Positions 8,628-16,307 of a DNA stretch of 64,000 nucleotides are shown piece after piece. Within the stretch, counting starts at the first letter, position 1, and every line of letters starts with the position of its first letter. Below the pieces are notes generated by a model. That model was not told where the DNA came from. It did not search any database and was given only the letters and a program-made list of their open reading frames with translations. The DNA is from a virus (Duplodnaviria; Heunggongvirae; Uroviricota; Caudoviricetes): the IMG/VR virus record IMGVR_UViG_3300046507_000639, positions 1 through 64,000 of that record; one strand, written 5' to 3'. A program made the position numbers and the translations under genes.

Positions 8628-8710
8628 CTCAAGAACGAGTCTAGCATGATCATCGCCAGAGCCCCATAGTGGATGATGAAGTTCTCGTGTATCGGTACGT
8701 AAAACTGCAT
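8624..8710 (-). CDS. micro-ORF (28 aa) MQFYVPIHENFIIHYGALAMIMLDSFLR
   Basis: Consensus promoter TTGACA-N17-TATATT (8735..8763), SD GGAGAAA, ATG, and a stop overlapping the next ATG (ATGA). Confidence 0.45.
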   Translation of the reverse strand: MQFYVPIHENFIIHYGALAMIMLDSFLR

Positions 8711-8734
8711 CACTCGTTTCTCCATTCTGGAACT

Positions 8735-8763
8735 AATATAACTCATTCTGAAATGATTGTCAA
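8735..8763 (-). promoter_or_regulatory. sigma70-type promoter (TTGACA-N17-TATATT)
   Basis: tgtcaa on the + strand at 8758-8763. Confidence 0.55.
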
Positions 8764-8945
8764 CCGATTTCTTCATCAGTTTCGAATGGAGTGATGATGA
8801 AGCCGAACTTCAACGGGTCGAACTCGTCGAAGACGTCTGCCATCGTGTCCGTGTCAAGGAACTTCTCGAAGTCAACGATGACTTCTTCCTTAGACTCGAG
8901 GTCCACGACTACGATCTGGACGCGCTTGCCCTTCCAGTGCGACAT
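8760..8945 (-). CDS. hypothetical protein
   Basis: 61 aa. SD GGAGAG. Confidence 0.55.
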   Translation of the reverse strand: MSHWKGKRVQIVVVDLESKEEVIVDFEKFLDTDTMADVFDEFDPLKFGFIITPFETDEEIG

Positions 8946-8966
8946 TCAACTCTCCATGTTAAGGGG

Positions 8967-9056
8967 TGGAGCACGCGACAGGACTCGAACCTGCATCAGC
9001 CTCACGGCCACTCCGTTACCTTTGTGCACGTTCGAAGCGTGCGGGGATACGCGTGC
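8967..9056 (-). ncRNA. tRNA-like RNA A (non-canonical; family of three)
   Basis: Perfect 7-bp acceptor GCACGCG/CGCGTGC. T-arm GCAGG-TTCGAGT-CCTGT. Discriminator U, then CCA. Positions 15-31 form the hairpin GCACG-CTTCGAA-CGTGC. No canonical D or anticodon arm. Confidence 0.4.
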
Positions 9057-9057
9057 A

Positions 9058-9137
9058 TGGAGGTCACGGCGGGACTCGAACCCGCATTTTCATCCATTAC
9101 CTAACTCGAGCTTCGCAAGCTCGGCGGTTACGTGACC
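9058..9137 (-). ncRNA. tRNA-like RNA B (same architecture as A)
   Basis: Acceptor GGTCACG/CGTGACC. T-arm GCGGG-TTCGAGT-CCCGC. U-CCA 3' end. Hairpin CGAGC-TTGCGAA-GCTCG at positions 15-31. Confidence 0.4.
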
Positions 9138-9142
9138 GTATG

Positions 9143-9171
9143 TGTCTATTTATTACAGATCGACGCGATTG
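9143..9171 (-). promoter_or_regulatory. promoter for tRNA-like RNAs B and A
   Basis: TTGACA-N17-TAAATA ends about 5 nt upstream of the RNA B 5' end. Confidence 0.45.
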
Positions 9172-9353
9172 TCAACGGGTTTCTTCATGTAGATCGAGAT
9201 GAGCTCGTGGAAGTCACCCTGACAGCTCTTCATCTTGTTGTACCGGTCGACGACGCCGTCGTGGGCCATCATGAACTTATCGGAGTCGCCGCTCTTGGCT
9301 ATTTCCATCAGCTTGATGAAGTCATCGGCGAGGAACACGAACGGTGCGGCCAT
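9153..9353 (-). CDS. hypothetical protein
   Basis: 66 aa ORF. Confidence 0.55.
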   Translation of the reverse strand: MAAPFVFLADDFIKLMEIAKSGDSDKFMMAHDGVVDRYNKMKSCQGDFHELISIYMKKPVDNRVDL

Positions 9354-9535
9354 CAGAGGTACATCGCTTTCTGCACGGCCTTGACCGCCTTGTCGGCTGC
9401 TTCTGCGCTGTCGAACTCACCCACGAAGTTCTCGAAGGTGACCTCGGTGCCCTCGAAGGCCGAGAACTTTCTGACGTGAGAGGTCACGAGGAACTTCCCG
9501 TGACTCTCTTGTATCTGGAACCAGGTCTTGCTCAA
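9353..9535 (-). CDS. hypothetical protein
   Basis: 60 aa ORF. Confidence 0.5.
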   Translation of the reverse strand: MSKTWFQIQESHGKFLVTSHVRKFSAFEGTEVTFENFVGEFDSAEAADKAVKAVQKAMYL

Positions 9536-9702
9536 TCGAAACGTCTCCTGACCAGGTCTTCAGCGCGGGACAGGGCTTCTTCGCGTGAACAGTACGTCGC
9601 GTTGAGGATCAGCTTGGCGTACATCTTCACGACGCCTGGGCGTGCCTTCGCCCAACTCTCGCGAGAATTCTTTTGAACCTCGTCTCGGAGGCCCTGCGAC
9701 AT
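9532..9702 (-). CDS. hypothetical protein (start at MSQGL)
   Basis: The Arg-rich N-terminal extension is rejected. Confidence 0.4.
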   Translation of the reverse strand: MSQGLRDEVQKNSRESWAKARPGVVKMYAKLILNATYCSREEALSRAEDLVRRRFD

Positions 9703-9710
9703 GACGGCAG

Positions 9711-9884
9711 TCACAGGAGCCCCTTCGGCATGTAAGGAACGAAGATGACTGTCTCTTCTCTGTCTTCGGTGTATCGGACGTCGACGGCGGTGTGCCATCT
9801 GCACTCTTCGCCGTGCTTCATGGCTCCGGACTCGTCTCTTTGGGAACCGCAGTGTGAACAGGACTCACGGGGAACTTTCTTCAC
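9711..9884 (-). CDS. small Cys/His-containing protein (57 aa, GTG start)
   Basis: SD AAGGAG sits 5 nt upstream of GTG, with a GTGA overlap to the YqeY gene stop. CSHCG..C.WH pattern. Confidence 0.4.
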   Translation of the reverse strand: MKKVPRESCSHCGSQRDESGAMKHGEECRWHTAVDVRYTEDREETVIFVPYMPKGLL

Positions 9885-10303
9885 AGGAACTCCTTAGCGA
9901 TCTTCGACGCGAGGGTGCCGTCGTACAGGCCGGCGAAGTTGTCCTTGAGGTGCTTCATCATGAGGCCCAGGTTCGACTCGTCGAGCTCGGTGAAGATCTC
10001 ACGGATCTTCTCCTCGGTCAGCTGAGTCGGCAGGTACTTCTCGATGATCCCCTTCTCGAACTCGACCATCTTGATCGCGTTCTCTGGTAGGTTCTCGATC
10101 GCGAGCAGCTCAGCGTTCTTCTTGAGGTACGACTTGAGCACAGTCACGACGTGCTGCTCGGTCAGTTCGACTCTGCCTTCTGCCGTGATGGCAGCAGACT
10201 CGATCGTGCCGATCAGGGCCGACAGGAACGCCGCGGTCGACGACTCACGAGCCTTGCGGGCTGCCAGGAAGTCGTCCTTTATCGTCTGCAGTAGATCGCT
10301 CAT
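9881..10303 (-). CDS. GatB/YqeY-domain protein
   Basis: 140 aa. FLAARKARE..LSALIGTIESA..YLKKNAELLAIENLPENAIKMVEFEKGIIEKYLPTQLTEEKIREI fits the YqeY family pattern. Confidence 0.65.
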   Translation of the reverse strand: MSDLLQTIKDDFLAARKARESSTAAFLSALIGTIESAAITAEGRVELTEQHVVTVLKSYLKKNAELLAIENLPENAIKMVEFEKGIIEKYLPTQLTEEKIREIFTELDESNLGLMMKHLKDNFAGLYDGTLASKIAKEFL

Positions 10304-10526
10304 GTTTTCTCTTCTTTATCTGTGCGTTGATGATCAGGGCGGTGTATCGACCCTCGTGCTCGACCGTTCTGGGCTCCTTACCCGTGAACACCGCGTACTC
10401 GTTCATCGGGTACTCCACGCCGTCTTCGATGACGGTGCCGACGTAGCCGTTGAGGATGCACTCGAGGCGAAAGTCGAGTATCTTCAGGACTTCACCGTAG
10501 GTGCAATTGAGCGCGTAGGTCTTCAT
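10245..10526 (-). CDS. hypothetical protein
   Basis: 93 aa. The 3' end overlaps the YqeY gene by about 59 nt. Confidence 0.4.
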   Translation of the reverse strand: MKTYALNCTYGEVLKILDFRLECILNGYVGTVIEDGVEYPMNEYAVFTGKEPRTVEHEGRYTALIINAQIKKRKHERSTADDKGRLPGSPQGS

Positions 10527-10690
10527 CTCTTCTTCCTGGGTCGCGTGTCAGTCAGTCCCGGACACAGGTCAAACAGGAGCTCGCAGAAGACCGCGAGCGG
10601 CTTCAGCAGGCCGAACGTCAGCCCAAAGAGCACGATCCGGAACGGGATGAACGGGAACTTCCACCAGTTGGCCTTGAGGAACTCGATCAC
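10523..10690 (-). CDS. small membrane protein (55 aa, GTG start)
   Basis: VIEFLKANWWKFPFIPFRIVLFGLTFGLLKPLAVFCELLF. GTGA overlap with the upstream stop. Confidence 0.4.
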   Translation of the reverse strand: MIEFLKANWWKFPFIPFRIVLFGLTFGLLKPLAVFCELLFDLCPGLTDTRPRKKR

Positions 10691-11244
10691 TTGGCGTAGT
10701 CCCACATGATCGGCAGCTCGCCGACGGTGACGGTCGCGCTCTTCTTGAAGACGAGCAGCTTCTTGTTCATGTCTTTGCGGAGGATCGCGTCCACCTCGGC
10801 CTTGAGCGCAGCGGAGTTGCACATCTTCTCGACCTTGTAGCTCGTGGCCTCGATGATGATCATGTCGAGCTCGGCCTGCGACTTGGCAGGCTCGGGCGCC
10901 GGCGTAGCTCGGGACACGACTCGAAAGAACTTGGCCGATAGGAACGGAGTCTCGATGTACGCTTCTAGCTGCGCGCGGTCGAACTTGTTGAGCTTCTTCT
11001 GCTTGCCCCGGAAGATGAGGTTGCCTGTAGGACCGCGTCCGACCTCGATCACCTCGAGCGGTTGACCCTTGTTGAAGGAGTCGTACTGCTTGTAGCCCTG
11101 GTAGTTGAACTTGACGACGTCACCGACGGCGAGCTCACTGATGTCGTCGAAGTCTCCGACGGAGACCGCGTTCACGAGTGCATTCATATCATCATCCTCA
11201 AAATTGGAAAAAAAGTCCCAGACCCACTCATCACTGTCGTTCAT
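10687..11244 (-). CDS. hypothetical protein
   Basis: 185 aa. SD GGAG. Confidence 0.65.
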   Translation of the reverse strand: MNDSDEWVWDFFSNFEDDDMNALVNAVSVGDFDDISELAVGDVVKFNYQGYKQYDSFNKGQPLEVIEVGRGPTGNLIFRGKQKKLNKFDRAQLEAYIETPFLSAKFFRVVSRATPAPEPAKSQAELDMIIIEATSYKVEKMCNSAALKAEVDAILRKDMNKKLLVFKKSATVTVGELPIMWDYAK

Positions 11245-11262
11245 CGTGTTCTCCGGGAAATT

Positions 11263-11349
11263 TGGTGCGCGCAGAGGGACTCGAACCCTCGGTGGGCTTA
11301 CGCCATCCGGTTAAGAGCCGGAACCTATCGCCGCTAAGGTGATACGCGC
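11263..11349 (-). tRNA. type-II-like tRNA (long variable arm), anticodon loop CTCTTAA, identity uncertain
   Basis: Acceptor GCGCGTA/TGCGCGC. T-arm GAGGG-TTCGAGT-CCCTC. Anticodon arm TCCGG-CTCTTAA-CCGGA. Discriminator A, then CCA. Confidence 0.45.
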
Positions 11350-11574
11350 TTAGACTTTGTTGAACCTCTGTGCGTCGTCATCCGACACGCGGAAGTCCAA
11401 GATGACTCGACCGGTGGCCTTCGACACCCGCTTGAGGTGTGCGTTGGCTTCGATCAGGACCTCCTCGTGGGACTTACCGACGTTCAGGACGTTGAAGTAG
11501 TCCGTGCCAGCGATGTTCCCCGGGAACTCGAGGTCCTTGTAGGAGTATACGAAGAGTGTGTACTTTGCGTTCAT
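11350..11574 (-). CDS. hypothetical protein
   Basis: 74 aa. Promoter 11603..11631 and SD GGAAAGGG. Confidence 0.6.
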   Translation of the reverse strand: MNAKYTLFVYSYKDLEFPGNIAGTDYFNVLNVGKSHEEVLIEANAHLKRVSKATGRVILDFRVSDDDAQRFNKV

Positions 11575-11602
11575 GATGAAGTCCCTTTCCTATCGTAGTT
11601 CC

Positions 11603-11631
11603 ATCTTAAATGGAACCGACCGGTTTGTCAA
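11603..11631 (-). promoter_or_regulatory. sigma70-type promoter (TTGACA-N17-TAAGAT)
   Basis: tgtcaa on the + strand at 11626-11631. Confidence 0.5.
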
Positions 11632-11647
11632 CTACATCTTTAAATTT

Positions 11648-11731
11648 TGGTGGGCATGGTGGGACTCGAACCCACACGCGCTAGGCACCAGGCTCTCGAC
11701 CTGGCAAGGCTACCAATTTCATCACACGCCC
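11648..11731 (-). tRNA. tRNA-Leu(GAG)-like, type II, CCA encoded (C33 in anticodon loop)
   Basis: Acceptor GGGCGTG/CATGCCC. T-arm GTGGG-TTCGAGT-CCCAC. Anticodon arm CCAGG-TCGAGAG-CCTGG. Confidence 0.45.
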
Positions 11732-11743
11732 AATTATCGCCAA

Positions 11744-11811
11744 CGTCACGACGGGATTCGAACCCGCGTTTCCCCCTGAACGGGGGCGTTCTCTCCGCTA
11801 AACTACGGGAC
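11744..11811 (-). ncRNA. degenerate tRNA-Glu(UUC)-like element, no encoded CCA
   Basis: T-arm CGGG-TTCGAAT-CCCG. Acceptor has 2 mismatches (GTCCCGT/TCGTGAC). Anticodon-like hairpin CCCC-CGTTCAG-GGGG. Short D region. Confidence 0.3.
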
Positions 11812-11904
11812 TCAGGAGTCGGTGTTCCCGGCAAGGACCGCTTTCCCCTGTGGCTCAACCTACGGGATCGGCTTGCCGACCTACCCGCCTGGGTCTACTA
11901 AACT

Positions 11905-11985
11905 TGGAGCTTCCGACTGGACTCGAACCAGCATACGCCATTACGGTTTTAACGACCGCTTAGAAGGCGGTGCCGATACGGAAGC
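11905..11985 (-). ncRNA. tRNA-like RNA C (same non-canonical family as A and B)
   Basis: Acceptor GCTTCCG/CGGAAGC. T-arm GCTGG-TTCGAGT-CCAGT. U-CCA 3' end. Hairpin ACCGC-CTTCTAA-GCGGT at positions 15-31. Confidence 0.4.
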
Positions 11986-12070
11986 ATCGAAACGTTCGAT
12001 CGAGAAAGGTTTCCCTCCCCGATGGTGTTTTATTTATACCACAGGGGAGGGAGTTTGTCAACTGATTTCT

Positions 12071-12154
12071 TCAATTCGCGCCGAACATAATTCCGGCCCA
12101 GGCGGCCACTGCGATGATCAGCACCCACGCGAGAGTCCCGAGCGCGAAGGTCAC
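12071..12154 (-). CDS. micro-ORF, hydrophobic peptide (27 aa, GTG start)
   Basis: VTFALGTLAWVLIIAVAAWAGIMFGAN. GTGA overlap with the upstream stop. Confidence 0.3.
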   Translation of the reverse strand: MTFALGTLAWVLIIAVAAWAGIMFGAN

Positions 12155-12345
12155 AGCAGGTTCCTCAGGTTGAGCTGGCGCACGAAGTCGCCAGCCTCGA
12201 TCACCGTGAGACCGTGGCCGAGCGCCCAGCCGTAGGCCAGGGACTCCCAGTAGTGGTCACTTTTTGGGTCCACCTCTTCTGCCTGCGTGAAGACCTCTCT
12301 GATCCAGACGAGGATCAGCTCATGCAGCGACTGCCCGTTCACGGC
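12151..12345 (-). CDS. hypothetical protein (64 aa, GTG start)
   Basis: SD AAGGAGGGA sits 4 nt upstream of GTG. The Ser/Thr/Arg-rich upstream part of ORF 12151..12528 is rejected. Confidence 0.45.
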   Translation of the reverse strand, partial: AVNGQSLHELILVWIREVFTQAEEVDPKSDHYWESLAYGWALGHGLTVIEAGDFVRQLNLRNLL

Positions 12346-12823
12346 GTCCCTCCTTCTTGCCCCCGTAGGTGCGGAAGTGGTCGGCCGCGAAGCTCGACGC
12401 AAGTGCGTCCGGCTTGGCCACCGCGTCGATGCCGCAGACGCCTCGGACGTAACCCATGGCCTCGGCGTACGCGACGTTCGAGCCGTGTTTCTTGTCCTTG
12501 TTGATGTCGACGTGCAGCTCGATCTCACGGTCGCCGATGACTTCCGCGAGCTTCAGGTACATACCGACCGAGCGGTAGACCTCATTCATCATGCGCATGC
12601 GCGGCGCGTCCTTCTTCTGGTCGTAGTCGCGCTCAGTGTCGATGTCGCCGAAGACCCGGCAGCCGTTCTTGCCGTTGATGTGCACGACGCAGACGGTCGT
12701 GTAGCGGGCGTACCAGACGCCCTCCTTCTTGAAGCGGTAGGAGTCACAGCCGATGTAGACCTTCGTCTCCGGCGTCTGCCGGGCGATGAAGTCGCGGACC
12801 TCGTCGATGTCAAATTTCTTCAT
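12320..12823 (-). CDS. hypothetical protein (possibly RNase H-like fold)
   Basis: 167 aa ORF with coding GC3. VYIGCDSYRFKKEGVWYARYTTVCVVH. Confidence 0.55.
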   Translation of the reverse strand: MKKFDIDEVRDFIARQTPETKVYIGCDSYRFKKEGVWYARYTTVCVVHINGKNGCRVFGDIDTERDYDQKKDAPRMRMMNEVYRSVGMYLKLAEVIGDREIELHVDINKDKKHGSNVAYAEAMGYVRGVCGIDAVAKPDALASSFAADHFRTYGGKKEGRRERAVAA

Positions 12824-13053
12824 AAGCTTTCTGCCTCCTCGATAGTCTTGAGGTGCTTCCTGATCCAGCGCATCAGGAACACCGATTTCTCAACGGCGTT
12901 GAACGTGGCCGTGCCGGCGTCGTGGGTGGTGACCGGGAACCGGAAACCGTTCTCACACTCGTACCAGAGCTCGTTGTGCACCCAGTGGGTGAACTTGCAC
13001 CACTTTTCTTTGCCCACACAATCCTTGATGTCCATCACGCTGCCTCCATCCAT
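12820..13053 (-). CDS. hypothetical Cys-rich protein
   Basis: 77 aa. Confidence 0.55.
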   Translation of the reverse strand: MDGGSVMDIKDCVGKEKWCKFTHWVHNELWYECENGFRFPVTTHDAGTATFNAVEKSVFLMRWIRKHLKTIEEAESL

Positions 13054-13229
13054 TCTCGATAGTCTATATCATTTTCTTGAGCGAAGTCAACCAGCATTTC
13101 ACACTGGGACTTGCTGTACACCTCGAAGGGCGACTGCTCCTCGAAGACTGCCTCCCAGAGGTAGTGCGTGACGACGATCTTGCCGTCGAAGACTTCCCAC
13201 CCGCCGTCAAAGAACTGTACGATGCTCAT
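13035..13229 (-). CDS. hypothetical protein (start at MSIVQFF)
   Basis: ATGA coupling with 13226..13657. Confidence 0.45.
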   Translation of the reverse strand: MSIVQFFDGGWEVFDGKIVVTHYLWEAVFEEQSPFEVYSKSQCEMLVDFAQENDIDYREWMEAA

Positions 13230-13657
13230 TTGTGTAGCTCCAGGTGCTTGATGACCCGGTGTGCCGGCGAGTCCTTGTAACATAACACGTAGGCGCAGGT
13301 CTCGACGGGGATGTAGTGCGTGTAGCTGCCGTCGCGCAGCGGGTAGGTCGGGTCGAGGATGACGCCTGAGACCCCAGAGTCTTTCCTGACGGCGCGTTCG
13401 GCCTCGATCTGCGCGATGAGCTCCTTGATGTCGTCCATGGAGCCTCCGTCGAGCGTCAGCACGGTACCGAAGTCCTGAGAAGTCCCGAAGGCCCAGTAAC
13501 TGTACAGATCTTTCGCGTCACGCTCGGCGTGCTTCGCAGCCGCATTGGCGGCATGGGAACCTTGCGCGATCGCCTTGCCCGGGTTCATAGACTTCAAGTC
13601 GGTGCGCATTATGATGAACAGGATCGGAGTCCAACCCTTCTTTGCGTCGTCAGTCAT
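13226..13657 (-). CDS. peptidyl-tRNA hydrolase, PTH2 family
   Basis: ILFIIMRTDLKSMNPGKAIAQGSHAANAAAKHA matches the PTH2 signature (VvRtDLgMgkGKiaAQcsHAa). Confidence 0.65.
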   Translation of the reverse strand: MTDDAKKGWTPILFIIMRTDLKSMNPGKAIAQGSHAANAAAKHAERDAKDLYSYWAFGTSQDFGTVLTLDGGSMDDIKELIAQIEAERAVRKDSGVSGVILDPTYPLRDGSYTHYIPVETCAYVLCYKDSPAHRVIKHLELHK

Positions 13658-14046
13658 TTCATCCTCTTGTATTTATCGGTGAACTCGGCCAGAGCCGCGG
13701 CGTAGACGCCCTCGGACTGCTTGCCCTTCTTGGGGTTCTCGTACAGGTAGTCGAGTCGCACTTCTTCTGCGTAGAACAGCGCGTTCAGCTCGTGGGCCAT
13801 CCGGAGCCAGGCCAGGAAGAACTCCGCCGACATGTCGTAGACGGCGTACCTGTTGGCGTTCCTGACGTAGTCGCTCCACAGCCTCTCGACCGGGCCGTCG
13901 TCGATGCAGCACTCGTGCGCATGGATCAGCTGACGGTACGAGTACGTCTTGCCGTTGAGCAAGTGAATGAAATCCCACCGGACTTCCTCTTCGTTCCACG
14001 CCGGCTTGAAGCACTCGAGCGGGTCGCTCTGCTTGAAGTCACTCAT
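13654..14046 (-). CDS. hypothetical protein
   Basis: 130 aa with ATGA coupling. Confidence 0.6.
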   Translation of the reverse strand: MSDFKQSDPLECFKPAWNEEEVRWDFIHLLNGKTYSYRQLIHAHECCIDDGPVERLWSDYVRNANRYAVYDMSAEFFLAWLRMAHELNALFYAEEVRLDYLYENPKKGKQSEGVYAAALAEFTDKYKRMK

Positions 14047-14330
14047 CTCTTCACCCTGTTCACGTCGTTCACGGCGAACTTCTTGACGGCGTCCTTGACC
14101 CTGTAGACCACGTCGGCCTCGATCGTCGGCGAGTCAATGATCACCTCGGCCCGGACGTCGTCGTTCCTCAGCGGGTCGACGTGATCCGAGATACGTATCT
14201 TGTGGGTCGTACCGCGCCGCGTGTAGTACAGCGACGTGGTGTGCTTTCCTGAAATGCGAAAGAAGCCGTGGTTGACCGCCAGTACTCGGCAGGCCAAGTT
14301 GAGGGCTTCACCTTTAGTTAAGACTTTCAT
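14043..14330 (-). CDS. hypothetical protein
   Basis: 95 aa. Consensus promoter 14361..14389 and SD upstream. Confidence 0.6.
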   Translation of the reverse strand: MKVLTKGEALNLACRVLAVNHGFFRISGKHTTSLYYTRRGTTHKIRISDHVDPLRNDDVRAEVIIDSPTIEADVVYRVKDAVKKFAVNDVNRVKR

Positions 14331-14360
14331 TTCTCAACCCTTTCCGATTTGGTTGAGAAT

Positions 14361-14389
14361 AGTATATTCATTCTAGATAGAAATGTAAA
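14361..14389 (-). promoter_or_regulatory. sigma70-type promoter (TTTACA-N17-TATACT)
   Basis: tgtaaa on the + strand at 14384-14389. Confidence 0.55.
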
Positions 14390-14501
14390 CGACTATTTTT
14401 AGTCAAAGTTCTCAATGGCCTGGAGAGGCGATTCTTACGAAAACGCGGAAGATGGGTCGTCCCACATCCTCCGCGCCTTAAACGTCGTTAGTGAAGCCGG
14501 T

Positions 14502-15953
14502 TCAGATCGCGGCGCGCTCCCGGACCTCCTTGAAGGTCGTCGTGCGCAGGACCTTGCCTGCCTCCCACACCCGCTCGAGGTAGTTGTGGGCGCCGTGGTG
14601 GCCGACGGCGTTCGCCAGCTTGAGGTCGTCCTCCCGCATCGAGTGGTACGTCCCGTCGAAGTAGACGACTGCCTGGCGGCCGGCCTTGGACGCCTTAGAT
14701 GGGTCGGTCTTCGGCTTCTTCTGGACGTCCACCCAGTTCACGTGGCCCGCGACCTCGCCGGGACGGTAGTGGACCGCGTTGGTCTTCATCGCCCAGGACT
14801 GGTCGTCGCGCATCACGCCCTGGAGCAGCTTGCCGCCCATGCCGAACACGATGTTCTCACAGCTGAAGTCGGCGTCGCCGACCGCGATGAGGATCTCATT
14901 GATGGAGTCGTAGTTGACGCCGTCGCCCTGGATCACGCGCACCTTGGCGTTGAGCACCCTGTAGCCCTTCGAGTTGATCGTGCCGCCGAACTTCTCCCAG
15001 AGGAGATTGAGCACGCGCGGGACGATCTGGGTGGGCTCTCCGCTGTCGGGGCGCACCACGATGAACCCGTTGCGGTCCGTGATCGCAGCGTGGTTGTCGC
15101 GGCCGACGATGTTCGTCACGAAGTTGTCGAGGTCGTAGCTGTCGGCGACCAGGGATATGATCGGGAAGCCCATGCCCGTGAAGGTCTCGATCGTGGCGCC
15201 GATGAACTTCGACTCGCCCTCCGGGCCGTTGATGGTGGTGACGGAGTGCTCCGTGGCCGGCACCGACACGATGACCGGGCCGTCTCGATCGAGGTTGTGG
15301 TCGTAGTAGAGGACCGCCGCGTCGATCGCCTCGAACGTGTCGGAGCCGATGAAGTTGACCGCGTGCGCCAGACCTCCGAGCGCGGCCGACTCACCGCTCG
15401 AGACTCCTCGGGCGCCGAAGTCGTTGAGCATCGTGGGGAGCAGCACGTCGGGGTCGAGGTCAGAGTTGAGCTCGATGAAGACCTTGAGGTTCTTCTTGAT
15501 CTCACGCGAGAGCGTCGCGACCGACGACGGGTACCAGACGGCGCGGAGCAGCGATGTCTCGATCACGCTGATGAGGCCGGGGTACTTCTTGTCGTGCGAG
15601 GTGACCTGGACCACCGGGACGCCGTGCTTCACGGGTGTGCCCTCGGGCAGCGCCTGGATCGTGATCGGCAGGAAGCCGTTGTAGTGCGTGACGACGTGCT
15701 CCCACATCTCGCGTGGGAACGGGATCATGGCGGACTTGGCCTTGCGCTCCTCGCGGTCGATGTCCTCGACGGTGATCGGCTTCGAGAGGTACTCGCGGAC
15801 GTACGCCTGGAGACCGAAGAAGACGATCTCCTCGGCCCAGCCGTGGCGGGCCTCGATGTACGAGGTGAGGCCGTCGACCGACCGAGAGATGACGAACGGG
15901 TGCGAGAACTTGTAGCAGTCGCTCGCCGAGATAACGTTTCTGTTGAGCAGCAT
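14502..15953 (-). CDS. nadV: nicotinamide phosphoribosyltransferase (NAMPT/NadV)
   Basis: 483 aa. NAPRTase-family architecture end to end. The + strand ORF 14415..15977 is its mirror artifact. Confidence 0.8.
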   Translation of the reverse strand: MLLNRNVISASDCYKFSHPFVISRSVDGLTSYIEARHGWAEEIVFFGLQAYVREYLSKPITVEDIDREERKAKSAMIPFPREMWEHVVTHYNGFLPITIQALPEGTPVKHGVPVVQVTSHDKKYPGLISVIETSLLRAVWYPSSVATLSREIKKNLKVFIELNSDLDPDVLLPTMLNDFGARGVSSGESAALGGLAHAVNFIGSDTFEAIDAAVLYYDHNLDRDGPVIVSVPATEHSVTTINGPEGESKFIGATIETFTGMGFPIISLVADSYDLDNFVTNIVGRDNHAAITDRNGFIVVRPDSGEPTQIVPRVLNLLWEKFGGTINSKGYRVLNAKVRVIQGDGVNYDSINEILIAVGDADFSCENIVFGMGGKLLQGVMRDDQSWAMKTNAVHYRPGEVAGHVNWVDVQKKPKTDPSKASKAGRQAVVYFDGTYHSMREDDLKLANAVGHHGAHNYLERVWEAGKVLRTTTFKEVRERAAI

Positions 15954-15965
15954 TTGAAACTCCTT

Positions 15966-16295
15966 CTATTCTGCTAGGGTGTAGGGGATGTTGTAGAAAT
16001 CTGGTTCTTCGTCGGGAAAATCATCGAACGGCTTCTCCGACTTCTTGGTGTACGGGCCCATGCTGATCGTGACCTCTTCCACGATCAGGCGGCCACCGGA
16101 ATTGCACTTCTTGCAGTCGTACCGTATCGAGTCGTACTCGCCGCGATGGTAGTCTGTCAGTTCTTCCTTGTAGTAGCGTCCAGTGCCCTTACACAAGTCG
16201 CACATCACGACCGTCTGCTTCCTGTGCACCTTGATCGTCTTCGAGTAGTGGCGCATGAGTTGGTCATGCGTCTCTCGCGCTTCATTCTTTTTCAT
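15966..16295 (-). CDS. hypothetical zinc-ribbon protein
   Basis: CDLCKGTG ... CKKCNSGG. Confidence 0.55.
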   Translation of the reverse strand: MKKNEARETHDQLMRHYSKTIKVHRKQTVVMCDLCKGTGRYYKEELTDYHRGEYDSIRYDCKKCNSGGRLIVEEVTISMGPYTKKSEKPFDDFPDEEPDFYNIPYTLAE

Positions 16296-16307
16296 GATGT
16301 AGTGTCC

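Noticed and set aside
9025-9045. Possible + strand tRNA T-arm (GCACG-TTCGAAG-CGTGC)
   Set aside because: There is no matching acceptor stem on the + strand. The sequence is the complement of the hairpin inside minus-strand tRNA-like RNA A.
12151-12528. 125-aa minus ORF starting MRSSCTSTSTRTRNT
   Set aside because: Its N-terminal two-thirds is Ser/Thr/Arg low complexity and overlaps 12320..12823 out of frame. Only the C-terminal 64 codons have an SD and a coding-like composition.
14415-15977. 520-aa + strand ORF
   Set aside because: It is the exact antisense mirror of the NAMPT gene. The protein is low-complexity (R/D/V/A-rich), a typical high-GC shadow ORF. The same logic rejects the + ORFs 22560..23627, 45882..47057, 58529..59530, 16689..17285 and 35044..35706.
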